Below, piece by piece: positions 60,500-64,000 of a stretch of 64,000 bases of DNA. How positions within the stretch are numbered: position 1 is the first letter of the stretch; every line of letters starts with the position of its first letter. A model generated the notes under the pieces. The model saw only the letters and a program-made list of their open reading frames with translations, ran no database searches and was not told where the DNA came from. This DNA comes from Hemiscyllium ocellatum (Eukaryota), in contig NC_083425.1 of assembly GCF_020745735.1 (NCBI RefSeq), forward strand, positions 33,033,575-33,097,574. The letters run 5' to 3'. The translations under genes and the position numbers were made by a program.

Positions 60500-60940
60500 A
60501 AAATATAAAGAGATGTGAACACAGACCAGTCCATCACACAAGCCAGCCTCATTGACTCCATCTATATTTCTCGCTACCTCGGGAAGGCAGCCAACATAAT
60601 CAAAGACCCCTCCCCCCCCCCCCCCCCCCCACCACCAACCCCGATTAGAATCTTTTCCAATGTCTTTTGTTGGGCGGAAGATATAAATGCTTAAACACAC
60701 ATACCAATATCTTGAAGTACAGCTTTTACCCCCTGTTATTAGACTTGTAAATGGACCTCACAAATTTTAAATTTAATATTGATCTCACTCTTTGTGCATC
60801 TTTTTTGCAACTATAACATTGTAATACTTGTTTTGTTCTATTATCCTCATCATTTGTATGGTATAATCTGCCTCTACTGCATGTAAAACAAAACTTTTCA
60901 CTGTTTCTAGGTACACATGGCAATAATCAAATCAAATAAA
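60500..60940 (+). mobile_element. Rex-Babar/L2-type LINE 3' tail
   Basis: gcagccaacataatcaaagac.., cagcttttacccc.ctgttattagact (SFYPAVIRL); (atcaa)n tail. Confidence 0.7.
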
Positions 60941-61169
60941 TATTTGAAAAGTAATGCACCAATCTATACAATCTTTGTATATTAGTTATTCAAACAAAAT
61001 TAAGTTTAAAATATATTTAAAAAATGGATTTACTTATGTTATCCAACAAAAAACAAAACTCAGCATTTCAGTCAAAGCAGGTAACAAAACCATATTCTGC
61101 ACTTATTCATTCGTATAAAATGACTTCAACTCTTAGAACAAAGTAGGAAGGCAACATGTTACAGAACCA

Positions 61170-61430
61170 ACAAATTATGGAATCATAAAGATGTACAGCG
61201 TGGAAACAGACCCTTCGGTCCAATCATCCATGCCAACTAGACATCCTATCCATGCCCCCCATAATTTTGTAAACCTCTATAAGGTCACCCCTCAGCTTCC
61301 AATGCTCCAGGGAAAACAGCCCCAGCCTATTCAGCCTCTCTCCCTATAGCTCAAATCCATCGACCCTTTCAACATCGTTGTAAATCTTTTCTGAACCCTT
61401 TCAAGTTTCACAACATCTTTCTGATAGGAA
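61170..61430 (-). mobile_element. Short CR1 3' fragment
   Basis: Matches 36390-36880 with an internal deletion. Confidence 0.7.
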
Positions 61431-63544
61431 TTGTTTTACAGTAAATTTATCAACACTGCAAAGATTTAAATATAATTGTCCATTACAGCATGTTTGAAAA
61501 TACAGGAAATTCTTTCTTAAACCCAGGTTTCCAATGAAGTTGGTTGTAACCACATTTCCTGTTTTAACAGAACAAGAAGTACATTTCAACACAAAAAACC
61601 TTTTGTGAAATATTTTTGTAATAAATCTGCAGGAAACAGATTTTCAAAGCACAATTGAATCTGGTTTTCTTCTCCTTTTAGAGTGGGTTATGATATCCCT
61701 TATCGCTCTTATCATTCCAATTGTAAAACAGGGTACCAAGTTCAGCAGTATTCAGGGTTCTGTTTGGGAGTCTGATGTATGCTATGATATTATGACAACT
61801 CATTAGTGAGATTTGCTCATTATAGAAATAAACAGTGAAGAGTTTAACACAACACTGTAGGTCAATCAGGTGTATGACTTTGGACAGGAACTGAAGCTCC
61901 TGAATTGCATAACAATAAAATAATAACATTTTTTTTCTGGTACTTAAACTTTAATTTTGAACTAACATATCCAGCTGTGGAAATTGGAAGTTGCTGACTC
62001 TTATAATTTCAAAATTACTAACCATATTTAAGAAAACCATCATCTTTCTATAATAGTTTTAAGAATTGTCAGCAATAGTCATCTGTTTAAAATTAACATT
62101 GAAATATTTTTCCAACTTCTTCATCCAAATTATTTGTTCCAAGCAAGAATTATTTTATAACCAAAATAAGTGCAATTATGTATTCTGTATGTAAGATCCT
62201 GGTCCTTTCACTTGACTAGGAGAAATCAGTGTTAAAAAGCTTCCATTACCAAATTGCTGAAGTAATTCTGAAGTCAATGTGTTGAACGTCTACCATTATA
62301 GTGTGTGTGTTTCAATTCAGTTAAAAATGTAAGAATGACTGCAAAGCCTTGCTCCCTTTTAGAATATCATCATTAAAACCAAACTGCTTCATGGATGACC
62401 TTTATGTAAGGAAAACAATTTTCCATTAGTTAGTATTAATCTATATATGACTCCAGTCTCACTCCAATGAGGTGCTCTCTGAATTTGTCTACCAAACCAC
62501 ACTATTGTATTAAACTGCAATAAAAGGACCATCAGCAAATCAGTATCAACAATAAATGCTGGCTTTGCCAATAGTGGTCAGTGGTAGATAATGTTTTATG
62601 TTTTGCTTTTCATTTCAGTTGCTGAATCTTTCCTCTTCCCCATTTTCCTTTTTAAGTACAGGATTCCCTAAGTAGATTTATATTGAAACTGACCATGGTA
62701 GAATAACTGGTATCAAGTTAGGACCAGAGTTTGCAGCAGTGATTCTGGTTAAGTTATTTAACTCAGGCATCTGCAGCATTTAACATCTCCTTAGTGTTAG
62801 TCTGGAGGAGCTATAAACAAAGTTTTGAGGGGGTATCCCTTGTCTCCAGCACCAATCCTGAATTCACTGATAGGCACGAGTTCCCTGGATATTACCAGAC
62901 TTGTATTTGGTTGGTCTGCTCACAGATGATTTGCGCATTATGGGAATGGAACCATTTCTAATTGGCAAACACAGTTGGTTGTTGGTTTACACACTCCTGA
63001 TCACGATATTGCTTACACCTGCAACCTGTGAAAAACGTACAACTATCAGCAACAAATCCAACTCTCCTGGCCACCTGACTCCCTCATCCTGGGAGAAGTG
63101 CACAGACTGGAACCCTTTCGTGAAAAGATGAGCAGTCACTCAACCCCCCTGATTGTTTGCAACATTATCTTTATTTGTTTTAGCATAGATTTATCACACT
63201 TCAACTAAACTTAGTTAACTAATAAAAAAGGAGAACCAATTCCAAATGTTTCATTGAGTGAAAGAGAATGGGGTTTTATTACTAATTAAACCCTAGAACC
63301 ATAAGAAACAGTGACATTAACCACACACAAATACAGTTTTATAGAGAAGGTGGGGGGCGGGGGGAGGTTGGTAGAAGATACATTATAAAAAGGAGAAATA
63401 CCGACCTAAAATTTCTGGTGTGATCACCTGTCTGGGAACCAAGATTACAAAGGCAGAAATAAACAAGGACCTGTCTGACTCAAAATTAATATTGTAAAAG
63501 AGAACTGAATTTATTGGCTCCTCGTGGGAGCAACCTCCATGTAC

Positions 63545-64000
63545 ATCATTTCATTTGTTGCCATTTCCCCCACCTCCAAACGGACCCCACCACCAGGGAT
63601 ATATTTCCCTCCACTCCCCTATCAGCGTTCTGAAAAGACACTCGCTCCGTGACTCCCTTGTCAGGTCCACACCCCCCACCAATCCAACCTCCACTCCTGG
63701 CACCTTCCCCTGCAACCGCAAGAAATGCAAAACCTCCGCCCACACCTTCCCCCTTACTTCTCTCCAAGGCCCCAAGGGATCTTTCCATATCCGCCATAAA
63801 TTCACCTGCACCTCCACACACATCATTTACTGCATCCGCTGCACCCGATGTGGCCTCCTCTATATTGGGGAGACAGGCCGCCTATTGCGGAACGTTTCAG
63901 AGAACACCTCTGAGATACCCTGATCAACCAACCCAACCACCCCGTGGCTCAACACTTCAACTCCCCCTCCCACTCCACCAAGGACATGCAGGTCCTTGGA
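63545..64000 (+). mobile_element. PLE family A GIY-YIG fragment (runs off the window)
   Basis: CNRKKCKTSAHT..FHIRHKFTCTSTHIIYCIRCTRCGLLYIGETGR. Confidence 0.85.

Overview
Repeat-rich vertebrate genomic DNA, almost certainly from a shark (inferred from HE1/V-SINE and Deu-SINE copies plus shark-type CR1 and Penelope families). The only host genes I can reconstruct are two tandem minus-strand B7-family immunoglobulin genes (signal peptide-IgV-IgC-TM-short tail). Copy 1 CDS is 12562-17710 (293 aa) and copy 2 is 41390-45574 (287 aa). Both have intact GT-AG exons, and their motifs and exon layout most resemble PD-L1/PD-L2. They lie in a segmental tandem duplication (about 10.6-28.5 kb versus 32.3-48.6 kb). 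Both IgV domains lack the canonical F-strand Cys and C-strand Trp and carry an extra A-strand Cys. The remainder is CR1, Rex-Babar/L2, Gypsy, Harbinger and SINE relics, plus at least three Penelope-like element (PLE) families whose termini encode minimal hammerhead ribozymes with covarying stems. Several PLE termini form fold-back mini-elements, and one cluster holds three identical hammerheads, two of them in tandem 157 nt apart. All alignments and counts were done by eye; no database searches were run.
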